From: Octopus sinensis
Taxonomy: Eukaryota
Direction: 5' to 3'
NCBI RefSeq assembly: GCF_006345805.1
Contig: NC_042999.1
Span: 147,870,001-147,934,000, forward strand
Length of the DNA: 64,000 nucleotides
In this document: one piece after another, positions 13,641 to 27,779 of the stretch
How positions within the stretch are numbered: the first letter of the stretch is position 1
Layout: each line of letters begins with the position of its first letter
Translations under genes and position numbers: made by a program
The notes under the pieces: generated by a model
The model's input: the letters and a program-made list of their open reading frames with translations, nothing else
The model's database searches: none
What the model was told of the DNA's origin: nothing

Positions 13641-13799
13641 GTTATATTGTCTAATGTCTAGTATATAGTAATGATACGTCAAAAAGTGTCTGTTAGTGTT
13701 CAAATCACATGATGTTTATGTTAGGACGTGTGCGCTATAATAGTGTTTTCTTAATATGTACAGCGTTTGTGTCTTTTGTTTTTTGCAGGAGACAAGATT

Positions 13800-14900
13800 A
13801 GAGTGACCCTATTGAAGGATGTTTCTGAGGTCGATGCTCATATATACAGTACATATTGAAAAATGCGGTGTCTAGGTTACGTGCGGATGACTCTTCGCTG
13901 TGAAATGCTAGAGAAGAATAAAGGGAAACCCAGTATAATAGTATGTGCGTTGTTCGAGGTGACGGCAAGTAATTACGTAATATAGTGTAGGACCAGGAAC
14001 GAAACCCGTTGCACACCAAAGTTTATAGAGTATGATAAGAGAGAGCTCCAACAGATCCATGTAAGTATGAGGTGACAGAAATATCCCAATGAAAAGGGCA
14101 ATACAAGGTTTGAGCTCACAAGTGGACATTTTCGATAGATTTCATACACGATTGAAAACATTGCTGTTCCTAAGGGCTCAACAGTGCTTTCAGTTAATTT
14201 CTTGAAAACTAGAGCCCACATTTGAGTAAAATAGGAAAGTAAGTATCCAAGAGATTTGTAGAGGCCGTGCTTGTTCTCATTAAGGGGGAATATTTAAGCT
14301 TTGAGAATGTTATTCTTAATAGCTGCTCTTATTACGTTTGATGTATAGGAAATGAGTATGCTTGGGCAGGAGATTTGTGTAATTCTAAGAATAGGTACAC
14401 ATCACGAGATAACGAAACTTTTAGAAAGAAAAAGAGTCGTTGCGTTTGATGAGGATAGGCGCTAGCTTTTGGTAGCAATGAGTGAATGTAATGGAAAAGC
14501 GATTATCAAAGCTAGTGGTATTGTTCACTAAAAGCCATTGACGATATTTTTGCTTTTGGCGTGTTGTTGAACCAGTGGAATGGAAATGGATATTTTTAAG
14601 GAGAGATTTACATAATGTGTGGATTGTTGATTTGGATGCAAAACAGGCAAAATCAGTGGAGATTTTCTCTGCTGCAGAATTGATTACAAAGAAAACATAT
14701 TTACGTTGAATCGGTAAAGTGGTATTTAAGGCTTAGAGTGGGAAACATCTATATCCATAACGTTTAAACTCTCTCCCAATATTGAGTAAAATAGCGTGAC
14801 TAAAGGGCTGCTACTGCAATAGAAGCATAATAACAACTGGAGACATGACCCAAATTCTTGTAACATATATGTCTGCGACAACTTCACCCCAAGAAATTTT
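13800..14900 (-). mobile_element. Ancient Jockey/CR1-like LINE reverse-transcriptase remnant
   Basis: Minus-strand peptides GFVPGPTLYY and NYLPS resemble GSVLGPTLF..NDLPS; heavily degraded. Confidence 0.55.
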
Positions 14901-15491
14901 CTAATACTCGTGTAATCGATCGATAGATGACAGGTTCAATTCAAGAGAAGGTACAGTCCAAAATGTCGGGTCGATTCAAGGCTTTGGTAAAAGGCATTTA
15001 CTGAAATGCCACGCAATGTGGTCTTGAGCGGAATTATAGGATTATGATGGAAATTACTTGTGCCCACTATGGAAAGCTTCGAAATATAGTTCTTAGAAAA
15101 CATTGCCACAGAGACCTAAACGAAACAGCCCAGCGAGCTGGATATTGTAGCCGTTCTTCAAAAGTAACGAGTATTGTAAAGTAAGGTGACACATCCATTT
15201 GATACTAAAATCATGGCAATAGTAAAAGAAAAAATGTAAAGTGTTATACGAATATGAATGAGGAAATTCTAAAATGCCGAATGTAAGAACTTTACAACGT
15301 CTCGTAATCTTGCAATTATCATTGGGACTTTGCTATAACTTGAGACGAAGAATTTGTAAGTAAATGCATAAAAGTTAGAAAGACGCTCGAACGTCACTAC
15401 CAGTTCAGTGATGATCGTAATATAATGAAGTTTAGATGTTTCTTATATTAATTAATACACCGCGCTGTACTTGTTATTAATAATATTTTTA

Positions 15492-15710
15492 CGGCGGCGA
15501 GTAAGCAGAATCGTTACTGCGTCGGGCAAATTTCCTATCGGAATTTCTTCCGACATTATGTTCTGAGTTCATATGCCACCAAGGTCGACTTTGCATTTCA
15601 TGTTTAGGAACTCGATAAAATAATTACCAGTTGAGAACTGGGATCGATATAATCGATTTACCCCAATTCCCAGAAACTGCTAGCCTTGTGCAAAAATTTC
15701 ATACTAATAT
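15492..15710 (+). mobile_element. tRNA-derived SINE with Meta-like central domain (family 2)
   Basis: GGCGGCGAG..GCAGAATCG head, TTCTGAGTTCA B box, GGTCGACTTTGC.TTTCAT..CGATAAAATA..TACCAG domain; diverged copy. Confidence 0.8.
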
Positions 15711-17400
15711 CTGTCTTAGTAATAAATCGAATCTTGGCTGAGATATTAATTACTCTTTAACTAATTACTTTCCTTATCCATAATTCCGGGATCAAATTCT
15801 TCAAGCCACGAACAGCCATCATTTTAGTGGGTGTCTAAGATTACAATGTTACCTTTATTTTTTAAGTCTATAGGGTGTAATTTGAGGGAAAACTGATTAC
15901 TACATTTAGCGGATTAAGCGACTTTGACGAGTTTCCCTGTTTGAAATTTATTTATTTAATTTTGTTTAGTCTTTTTTTTTACTTTTGATTTTCATTGCAA
16001 TTGATTACACGACGATATCGCTGATTCCTTACGTTCAACAAGGCAATCACTAACTCATTCCATTTCGATAACAAGCGAGTGCCTATAACCAGATTCCTAC
16101 CACGTACCACAAATGGCTTCGTTGAAAAGAATCCACATTTGTATTTTTACATCGATTTTTACACCATTTAACACCGAACATTGGCTCAAGACATACAAAC
16201 ATACGTCCACCAAACTCCAAACATAAAATATTCGTCAACCTCCTCATCTAAGATTTCAAACAGACAGATCTAATTCGGAACTGCATGGTTGAAGAACGAG
16301 CATGTTAACCACGCAATAATGTCTGCCCATCAGATTTCGAACCTATTTCAAGTGCAACCTGAGTCACATAAATCGACTCAGTTGTGACTGACCTTGTTTT
16401 ATTGTAAATTAGTTTTTATCCCTATTTTGGGTCCTTGCTACTTTTCTACCGTGGATTAGGTAAACTGAAATTTCCATGTTTGCATTCTCCTCTTTCACCC
16501 TTCCATGCTTTTTATTTTTTTTATTGTGATTGTGTGTAATCAATTGTCAAGTATAACACAGCCATTCACACATGATTCGTTTTGCTGGCTGAACGTCCTT
16601 TATATTTATTTATTAATTAATTTTATTTAATTTTTTTTGTTGTCACCAACGGACATACCTCGATCCTAGATAATACAGTACACGAACAAAAATTTTTAGA
16701 TTCTTAAGTTGAATTATATTTAATTTTTTCACACGCGTTAAATACAGTTTTATAATAAAATATTAAACAAAATCTCCCTGCGGAAACGAAAATTATTCAA
16801 ATATTCAAAAAATAATATTAAAAAAATAGCCATGCAAAAAATGTTCATACAATTCGAGACAAGTACACTTTTTATTTATTTTTAGATCAATAATTTTTAT
16901 ACATTTTTACACTTTTTATATTTTTCGGTTTCAGTATTTTCATTCTGAACAAAATATCACTGGAAGTACCCACATAATTCTAATTGTTTTCTTCTATATT
17001 TCTTTTGTGTCTATTTTCGTTGTTCTGTTTATTTATTTTTGGTGAGTTAAGGGTGTTATTTTGGAATAATATATTACGTAGAATCAAATGAATAACAATT
17101 TTTATCCCATGCCATTCAATTTAAAAATAGTACTTTGTGTGGTTTCTTCTGTCCTAAGGCCAGTACATGAGAAAATTAAACGACTAGTTGGTGTTGGGGC
17201 AGACGGAAACAAATATAAAATATCGGAAATAGAAATATATAAACAAGGACGGACAGCTTAAAATAAACAACAAAATTGGATATAGCAGCTAGTTTCGAAG
17301 AAGAAAGAGCATGAGATTGACGGACAGAAAAGATAAACAGCATTATGAGTAAAAAGAATACACACACAAACACACACACACACATATATATATTTATATA

Positions 17401-17478
<78 letters not shown>

Positions 17479-17925
17479 TATATATACGTATATATATATA
17501 CGTATGTATGTATGTATGTATGTATGTATGTATGTATGTATGTATGTATGTATGTATGTATGTATGTATGTATGTATGTATGTATGTGTGTATTAGGGGA
17601 AGCGAAAAAACTTTTATGAAAATGAAAAGAATGAAGTAAAAAGTAAAAGAAAGAAAATTGATAAATGAAACAGAAAAAGAAACGGAGGAAGGAAAGCCGG
17701 AAGGATGGAAGGAAGGATGGAAGGGAGAAAGGAAGGAAGGAAGGAAGAAATAAAGGGAGGAAGGAGGGAAGAGAAGCAGGACGGGAGAAAATGTAAGGAA
17801 GTGAGGATATTCAGAGAGGTTGTTATGATTGAAATAGAGCATGATAAACGTACACACACACACTCATACAGATATAAATATACATACATACACATATGTG
17901 TGTGTGTGTTTGTTCATGTGCGTGC

Positions 17926-17966
<41 letters not shown>

Positions 17967-18246
17967 TGTGTGTGTGCGTGCGTGTCAGAACGTAGAAACC
18001 AGCAAAAGGAAGAAATTAAAAGGAATGAATGAAAAATCAGAAAGAGACAAAATGAGAGAATGTGTATTGAAAAGTGGTAAATAAATGAGAGCCCGTGAGA
18101 GAATGTGCATTAATATAAAAGTGTTTGCACGAGTGTATGTGTACAAGTTTGTGTATTTTTATGTCCTTGTGTCAGGATACAGGATAAGAGTTTGAGACAG
18201 GAAACAAAGAAAAAGAAAAGAATGAAAGGGGTGTATTTAATGGAAT

Positions 18247-18779
<533 letters not shown>

Positions 18780-18828
18780 CTACGAGCACGCGCAAATACA
18801 CATATATACGCACATTTATATATACATG

Positions 18829-18862
<34 letters not shown>

Positions 18863-18898
18863 ATATGCACATGCACATAAAGAGGAAGAAAAAGGAGT

Positions 18899-18931
<33 letters not shown>

Positions 18932-19934
18932 ATGTGTGTGTACATATAGTTAAAAACGTTTATATGCTCTTAGTGTATGTGTGTGTGTGTTTGTGTGTGC
19001 GTGTGTGTGTGTGTGTCTGTGTGTGTGTGCGTGTGTGTGTGTGTAATGTTTTGTTTACCGATCCTCCAAGCATTGATTCCGGAACAATAGACAGCTTTAA
19101 CCAACTTAAATAGTTCGACATTAGAATGACCATTTCGAAGTCTTATTAACGGATATTAATCTACTCTGAACAGCAGCCGAAAGCTGTGTAATATTCAAGA
19201 TTGCAGTGGGACTTAGCCAAAAGCGGGTTTTCGGAGATTGGTGGCGAGAGACGTTTGGAGGGAATAGCGTTTCTTGTATTAACAAGAGTTAATATAAAGA
19301 GTTTAACAGTGCTGTAAATATTTCTAAGACGCAATACTGCAACTAATTTATATTGAAGAAAAGTTATCTTGTCTTTCTATCTTTCCTTTCTGAATCTGCA
19401 TACACAGACACGAACTTCGGTAATGCACCGCTAATTTAATTCTCGAATCCATACATATGTGTGTGTGTGTATGTATGTATATAGGCATTTCTTACATTCG
19501 TTTTACTTTAGACTTTAGTAATAAGGAGTTTATACGTTAAGTTTCTCTAAATAGAGAAAGAGGTTATGAGTCGCAGATGCCACTCCTGCACATCCCGCTT
19601 TTTTCTGTCTGCAGTGATACATCACATAAATGTTGGGTGTTCAAATTTAAAAGCCCCATAGAATGCTAGGTGTATAACTATATGTCTATATTTTAAAACT
19701 ACAGAATATATGAATGAATAAGAAGCGAAAAAAAAGCACAGCAAGCGGAGATGGGTTTCCATAAAGATGTTATTAGTTTCACGCCGCCTGAAAAGGAAAA
19801 TGAAAGAGGAAAAGTGTCTTTGGCGTTTCAGATATAGTGTGCTTCAGCAGGAAATTCAAGAAAGAAGAAAGAAGGGTGGTATAAGGGATGAGAAAGAAAA
19901 GAAACAGTTATGGGCGGGATATAGTCACTAAACA

Positions 19935-20105
19935 CATTTTTGTCTCTCCTTGTTTCTCTCCTTGTTTTTTCTGTGTACCTTTCTGTAGAAGAGCGTAGGC
20001 TCGAAACGTAAAAGACTTCTATTCCTGAGCGTTATACTAATACATTTGTTTGTTTTGTACACCACCTGTCTTCGTCTTTTGTTTTTTTCGTAAACTCTCC
20101 CTATA
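19935..20105 (+). mobile_element. Short hammerhead-bearing repeat, U6-core family
   Basis: CTTT-CTGTAGA-A-GAGC-GTAG-GCTC-GAAA-CG-TA-AAAG at 19979-20014; conserved tail ending at (TA)n; homologs at 31415, 32660 and 61316. Confidence 0.8.
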
Positions 20106-20730
20106 TATATATATATATATATAATATATATATATATATACTGACATGTACGCAAAAGTTTGTCTAGCAACATAAACTACAAAATAATTAGTAAACACAA
20201 CACACTAGCCACACGTCACGTGATGTCACTCCTGCTGGTAGCAAAACGTATATTACAGCTTCAGTCTGTTTGGTGGAAGGTGGAAGGAAATCAGTGATAT
20301 AATAAATAGTAAAACCAAATGTAAAATCCGAAATTTCAAAAGTCTTACAACTCACCAACCTAATAATATTTCTCCTTATAGATTATTCGTTTAAAACACC
20401 AAGGTCCTATTTATGTAGAAGACCTCAAAATGCTTTACAACTACTCATGCACACTTTCCCCTCATCATTAAAATTTAACAATAACTCACACATAGCAGAT
20501 CAACATAAAATCATATACGACTTAAGCACTCTTTAGAATATCCTAAAAGTTGGTGGTCTTTGATATCATCACGACTTTTCCTTTTCAATTCACAATAGCT
20601 TTTTCTCAATCCCAACATTACTTACAAACCTCACAGAAATAACTAATTTCATAGCTAAACGCTGTTATGCAGAATCATTTACCATTAACATTAGAAATCC
20701 TTTTGACCACATTCTCAACTTATACACATA

Positions 20731-21185
20731 AGAGGTCTGATCAATAAGTATCCGGACTGTTGCCATAGTAACGAATCTAAAGCACGCAGAGTGAAGCCGC
20801 TGAGGAAATATTGACCTTAAACACTGATGTGCATGTGAAGTTTTAACGTTCCGCTACTTACAACATTGCTTGGAAGGAAGGTGTGTAGCGTGTGATCGTC
20901 GCATTGACCATGACAGAGGAAGTTGCCATGGTGATACCTGCTCAGTGGCCGACGCAAAGTTATAGAAAGTGTATGGAGAGGAGTGTATGAGTTACACACA
21001 AGTGTACGAGTGGTTCAGACGTTTACAAAATCGCCGAAAAAATGTCGATATTGGCAAACATTCTGGGAGAGCCGCAACCAGCAGAACTGAGAAAAGCATC
21101 GCAGTTGTGCGTGCAGCTGTGAGGGGAAATCGTCGAATCACCATCTGTGAGTTATCAGAGGTTGTGCAGATTAGTTACGGTTCAG
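20731..21185 (+). mobile_element. 5' fragment of a mariner (DD34D) element
   Basis: TA followed by TIR-like AGAGGTCTGATCAATAAGTATCCGGACTG; HTH peptide YGEECMSYTQVYEWFRR...RRITICELSEVVQISYGS; truncated. Confidence 0.88.
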
Positions 21186-21235
21186 ACCTTTTTTTAACAA
21201 CGAAAAAACAGAGTACAAGACAAACAACACAAGGG

Positions 21236-21480
21236 AAATTCCCCTTCATCAGCTGTCCCTAGTACGACTCCATGCGTGTTTCGAAGGTGAGGACATAACG
21301 TGACTCGTCGAACTAGCCCTTCCTGCGAAAGAATTAAATAAAATTTCTTTGCAGAGGAGTAAAAACAAGGAAAGAAAAAAATGTGACAAAAACAGGACGT
21401 AAAAACGATACAAATAAAAATACAATTACAAAAAAATACAGTACAAGAAATAAAAACAAACAAGAAAACAAACAATGAGG
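21236..21480 (-). repeat. Unclassified repeat with a possible permuted (type II) hammerhead motif
   Basis: Minus strand CCTTC-GAAA-C..G-TA-CT..AG-CTGATGA-A-GGGG at 21241-21287; related CTGATGAAGGG segment at about 41452. Confidence 0.35.
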
Positions 21481-22062
21481 GCCTAGACGAGGAAAGATTT
21501 TTAAGAGCGCAGGAAGAAAGCGTGTTCACTGTTAGGAGGCCGCAAGCGAAAGGAAGTAGTCGCCCGGCTGTGAGAGAGATGAGAAGGAGTGAGAGAGAGA
21601 GAGAGAAATAGAGGAAGACAAGCGGCTATGAGAGAGATGAGGAGGAGTGAGAGAGAGAGAGAGAGGAAGACAAGGAAGGAAGGGAATGTCAAGCAACGGG
21701 TTATAGAGTTTCGCGTCATAATTATATATAAAAACTTACTTGGAGGAAACGAAACGACGCGAGGGCGCTCAGTCATACAATAGTGTAATAAATAAAATAT
21801 ATGCATACATACATACATATATGTACGTACCTACATCTACATGTATATATACATGCTTCGTGCTGCACGACGTTTTGTCAGTGAACAGGTCGCGGTCTCA
21901 AAGCCACGAAAATATTTTGACAAATTAAATTTAAATGCTGAAGTGAATCTAACGGTTTTTGTGTGTTTCTTAAATATCTTATAAACACCTTCCACGCCGC
22001 AATTGTTTTCATTCCAGCGCACGATCTCAGATCACGTTACTTGCTATGCAAGTACATCTCCG

Positions 22063-22117
<55 letters not shown>

Positions 22118-22204
22118 TAAAATAAACGTAGAAAAAAGAATGAAAAATCTAATAATAATTTAACATTACTTGAAAAGGTAGTGGGTAGCGAACTTCTTCA
22201 CTAC

Positions 22205-25200
22205 TTCAGGGAGTGACGACCCAGCCTGACACGAGTTCCGGGCTCAGATGGCTCCGGCTGACAGTACCCGGTATGGGCCCCTATCCAGGGTTACGGAAAG
22301 GAGACAACCTTCAAAGAAATCCGGAGTGGAGCCCCGAAGGCGGTTTAGTGTTCGACTCGACACTCTTCCGGCAGCTCCTGCAACCAAGCTGGTGCCAAAC
22401 GTAATGCACTGCACTCCTTTGGATTACATCAGCAAGGTCGAGAGAGGAAACCTGATGATTGGGCTACCCAGGACTTTCTTATCTCTAGCCCAGACCTGCG
22501 CAAAACTGGAGAGGACACTTCAGTGCTACTGTAAAAAGCTGCAGAAACAACACGGGAGGTAATAGTCACGAGTGATAAGTCCATTCAGACTGGCGTAAAA
22601 TATGGGCGCTACGGGTTACTTCTGACGGGGGGAGGGACCTCCGTGTCCTATTGGTTAGCTACTGCTCACCTCAAGCTGGGCAGCCCCCAGTTAATAAGGT
22701 GCTGACCCGCTACAGGCCGCCTGCTTCATTGGGTGCTTGGAGCTAAGAGTATGACTTGAAAAGCGGCCTGCAACCTCTGCATCAGGCAAATAACTAAAAG
22801 TCAAGAAACCACCAGTCCTGCGGTTGGCAAGCTGGAATGTCAGGACCATGTGCTCTGGAATATCTGATGATCTACTCAGGGTTGAAGACACAAGGAAAAC
22901 GGCCATCATTGACCGTGAACTAAAGAGGCTCAACATAGACATTACTGGGCTACAGGAGACAAGAGTTCCCTCAAACGGCAAACTCAAAGAGCACGATTTC
23001 TCTACAGCTCAGAGGAGACAAAGGACCAGCTCTACAAAGATCTCAACTGTGTCATAGAAAATATACCAACCACTGAAAATATCTACCTTCTAGGGGATTT
23101 TAACGCTCGCGTAGGATCTGACCATGATTCGTGGCCCATTTGTGTTGGACACTTTGGTATTGGCAACATGAATGACAATGGTCAGAGACTACTCGAATTC
23201 TGCACATACCATAACCTGTGCATCACAAACACATTCTTTACCAACAAGCCATCCCACAAGGCATCTTGGAGACATCCAAGATCTCACCACTGGCATCAGC
23301 TGGATCACATCATCACACGGAGATCCTTTCTGAATTCTACTCTGTTGACCCGCAGTTACCACAGCGCGGATTGTGACACAGACCACTCACTAATTAGAAG
23401 TAGGGTGACGATTCTGCCTAAAAAAGTTCATCGCTCCAAGAAAGTAGGCCGACCACGCATTAACACTGCCAGAACTTCGGACCCTACACTGCGAAAATGT
23501 TTTGCTGCTTCTATCAAGGTTGCCCTCAGTAGCTGCCCAACCTCCTCTGCTGAAAGTAGGTGGAACTATATCAGGGAAGCTTTGTATACGACATCAATAG
23601 ATACTTTCGGCATGAGAGAAAGGCAAAACCCAGATTGGTTCAATGCTGGGCTCTCAGAGCTGGAGCCAGTTATCGAAGCAAAGCGTGCAGCTCTGATGCA
23701 ATACAAGAGTGACTATTCTACAAAGTCACTCGAAGAACTCAGAAAGGCACGAAATAAAACCCAACTGACAGCCTGACGCTGTGCAAATAGGTATTGGCAG
23801 GAAATCTGTCAGAGTATCCAGTCAGCTGCTGACAGGGGCGACACCTGTGGGATGTATGCCGGTTTGAAGAAGGCCCTCGGTCCATCCGCAACCAAGTCAG
23901 CCCGTCTGAAATCAACTACTGGAGATCTCATCGGGGATCAAAGCAAGCAAATGGATAGATGGGTGGAGCACTACCAGGATCTCTACTCACAGGAGACTAC
24001 AGTAGCTGAGGCTGCAATCGAGAGTGTCAAGATCTTGCCAGTCATGTGCGAACTTGACAGTCCGCCATCTATAGCAGAGCTCACCAAGGCTATTGACTCC
24101 CTAGCAAGTAACAAGGCTCCGGGAAAAGACGGCTTCCCCTCAGAGATCATCAAAACCTGCAAAAACACCATCCTGCTTCGGCACCTTCATAAGCTTCTGT
24201 GTCAGTGCTGGGAAGAGGGTACAGTCCCTCAGGATATGCGGGATGCTAACATCATTACGCTTTACAAAAACAAAGGTGACCGTGGTGATTGTAACAATTA
24301 CCGTGGAATATCTCTTCTAAGCACTGTTGGAAAGACCTTTGCCCGCGTTATCCTGGCCAGGCTACAACTACTTGCTTCTCGAATCTATCCAGTGTGGCTT
24401 TAGAAGAAGCAGATCAACTATCGATATGATATTCTCCATACGCCAACTTCAGGAGAAGTCCAGAGAGCAGAAAATGCCATTATATATGGCCTTCATTGAT
24501 CTAACAAAGGCCTTTGACTCGGTAAGCAGAACAGGCCTCTTCACCATGTCCACCAAAGCTGCTGAGGATCATCAAGTCTTTCCATGATGACATGCAAGGC
24601 ACCATACAGCACAACGGTTCAACATCAGCCGCCTTCCAAATAAAAAACGCGGTAAAGCAAGGTTGTGTCCTCGCTCCTACATTGTTTGGCATCTTCTTCT
24701 CGCTCTTACTCTCGCATGCCTTTCAGACATCAGATGATGGAGTGTTTCTGCACAGTAGAAGTGACGGGAAACTGTTCAATCTCTCGCGCCTGCGTGCCAA
24801 GACCAAAATCAGAAACGTCCTGATCAAGGAGATGCTATTTGCTGATGATGCCGCTCTGGTATCACACACAGAAGAAGCCCTCCAAAGGCTCATTAACTGT
24901 TTTGAGCAAGCATGTAACGACTTTGGCTTAGCTATCAGCCTTAAGAAGGCCAACATCATGGGTCAGGCTACATCGGACATCCCAAACATACATATTGGAG
25001 ACCACAGATTACAAGAGGTGGAGAAGTTACCTATCTTGGCTCTACCGTCACCTACAACCTATCTCTTGACGCTGAGCTCAATATACGCATTGGCAAGGCA
25101 GCTGCTGCGATGGCCCAACTCTCCAAACGGGCTTTGGACAACAATAAACTGACCAAGACCACGAAAATGAAGATCTACCAGGCATGTGTACTTAGCACTC

Positions 25201-25858
25201 TACTGTATGGAAGTGAGACTTGGACGCTATACACACGCCAAGAACGTCGCCTAAACATCTTTCACCTGCGCTGCCTCCGGAAAATCCTCCGCATCAAATG
25301 GCAGAATCATATCCCCAACAAAGATGTCCTCGGGCAAGCAGGAATACCAAGCATGTTTGCACTCCTCACACAAAGACGTATGAGATGGCTTGGGCATGTT
25401 AGCCGTATGAAAGATGGCAGAATCCCCAGGGACATACTCTACGGAGAGCTTGCTAGGGGTACTAGGTCTGTGGGTAGACCGTTCTTACGTTACAAGGATG
25501 TTTGCAAAAGGGACATGAAGGCCTGCAACATCAATATTAGCGGTTGGGAGGCAGTTGCCGGCAATCGTGGAGACTGGCGACGTAGCGTAAAAGAGGGAAT
25601 ACAAAGGAGTGACAGAGAGAGAGAGAGGAGAAATGGAAAGACAAGAAAATACGTCAACAAGAAACTATGGCATTACAACCAGCCAGGAACAGTCTTCGCT
25701 ATATTTGCGGTACCTGCCAGAGGGAGTGTTTGTCCAGGATAGGACTACACAGCCACAGCAGGATATGTATCAGGACATGAAATGTAAAAGCCGGACTAGA
25801 CTACTTTATGCGCAACTCCATTGTCTCCCGAGACAAAAAGGATGCCAACAACAACAAT
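22205..25858 (+). mobile_element. Near full-length RTE-clade LINE, inactivated
   Basis: About 600 nt GC-rich 5' region; APE motifs (ASWNVRTM, GLQETR, GDFNARVG, DCDTDH); RT motifs (YRGISLL, QCGFR, FIDLTKAFDSV, KQGCVLAPTLF, LFADD); C-terminal RWLGHV..GRP; (CAA)n tail. Internal deletion near 23000, stop at 23774 and several frameshifts. Confidence 0.97.
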
Positions 25859-25876
25859 ATATATATATATTATATA

Positions 25877-25907
<31 letters not shown>

Positions 25908-25916
25908 ATATATATT

Positions 25917-25963
<47 letters not shown>

Positions 25964-26059
25964 AGATATCAACAATTGAGGGTAAAATTAATTAATTAAT
26001 CAATTTCACCAAGTGTTCAGTATGTAAAAGGACCATTTAAGGCGAATTCAAAATATTAC

Positions 26060-26553
26060 ATTATATAATTAGGGCTTAGTAAAATAAATTACTTTGCCAC
26101 ATACTGAACTTAGTAACCGGTTCTCGCGGTTAAAATATGTTTGCTAGATAGACCACGTGGGTGGAAGGGGAGTGCAGAAATTTACGCCTGCGCATTTTGA
26201 ATTTGTTGACACTGTTAGTTGGAGTGGTTCATCTGAAGCGACAAGTTCGCTGATAGGTAAAGTTCCTTCTTTTTAGTGTTTCCAAATCCAAATTAAGAAA
26301 TTTTGAGCTGACGAAAGAAATGCTGATTTTATTTGGCTAATCTTGAAACGTTGACGTACTCAAACGATCTATGTACTTGTGATATTTTTCTGTATTTACC
26401 TCCAAACCTTCGTGAGCTGTCTGGAGTAAACATTATCTGAGAGAAATTTTCTTTAAGTAGTAGAAATGCTAAGAAAATTTTTTTTGGCTGCTATTTCTAC
26501 TAAGTTCAATATGTGGCAAAGTAATTTATTTTACTAAGCCCTAATTATATAAT
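26060..26553. mobile_element. MITE with about 56-bp terminal inverted repeats
   Basis: ATTATATAATTAGGGCTTAGTAAAATAAATTACTTTGCCACATACTGAACTTAGTA (26060-26115) and its near-perfect reverse complement at 26498-26553; no ORF. Confidence 0.9.
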
Positions 26554-27779
26554 ATATATGTAGATATATATAGGTGGAAATATATTGTGCCATGTCTGCA
26601 TGCCTGTTCCACTGCACGACATACGACAAACCACTATATGTTTCAGAATACTGCATATTTTTGACTTAGCGTTGGCACCAAATTTTAAGAGAATTGTATT
26701 TGTGAAGTGCATCTATGTTTACTTGATCAGTGCCAATATGAAGTTATACAACAACAACAACAACAACAACAATAACAGATTTACTGTGTTGGTCTCTTAT
26801 CAGTCGCTAAAGACCTTTCTTCTGTTCACTTAACTGTAAGAATTTAGCCTTAATCTATTTTATTCATTACCAGATTTCTCTGTATAATTAAATAGCAATT
26901 ATCCGTATGTCCATTCTTGGCTCTGTAGTAACTCTTCGGGATAGCTTCAATTTATGTGCCTTGTTTGAAATCGATGTGTATAACTGGATATGAAAACTGA
27001 GAGAAGTAATTATGAATATTACCAATGGAAGTAAAATTGTGAAGCTCACTGCCGGATTTGTGGAAGGAGTAAAAATTATCGCAACAAAAACAATTAAATT
27101 TAAATGTTTTCTTGCTCCTTTAGTTGGCGATGAGTAAGTTTGCAAGCCGGTTCTTAGAGTGAATTACCCAGAATGAATTGAATGAGAGATAAATATTGCT
27201 GTACATATTCCTGGATTATCTGATAAATATTTGTATCAACTGGTTGAACTGCAGTTGATACAAATGCAAAATAAAGCCAGATTCTCAGAAATAAAACGCA
27301 ACGTTACTTTAGAATTGAACTCAAGATACATAAAAGCTCCAATATTTTCCAGTAAATCTTACCTTACAAATAGCAGGAACTAATAAACTTGAGATTAAAA
27401 CATTCTTATCAGTTTGATTGGACGAGAGCGGGTTTCGTAATGCAGTCTCTTGTAACCAACATTATACATTTTGTTCAAGTTACAGGTAAGCTCGTTCTCA
27501 TCATTTAACATTCTCATAAATTCTACATAAGCGTTAGTGTTAAAATCCTAAATGTTTATCTATCCAATTGGAGAAATATTTGGTTTTATGTGTGCAAAAA
27601 ATCGCCGAGAGTAGCCTAGTTAATTTTATACTCTCTTGTCATTTCTGTTATTGTTGTTTTTAATATTATTCTTACTGTTTTTATTGTTGCTATTGTTGGT
27701 GAAGAACAAACTAACGGAAAAAAGAAATTGACTATGACAAAGATTTACAATAACAAAAGGGAATATTCTTTTCTACTCA

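Noticed and set aside
13765-13860. Strong splice acceptor (ttttgttttttgcag) as a possible dynein exon
   Set aside because: All three frames stop within about 25 codons and none resembles dynein; the region overlaps a LINE remnant.
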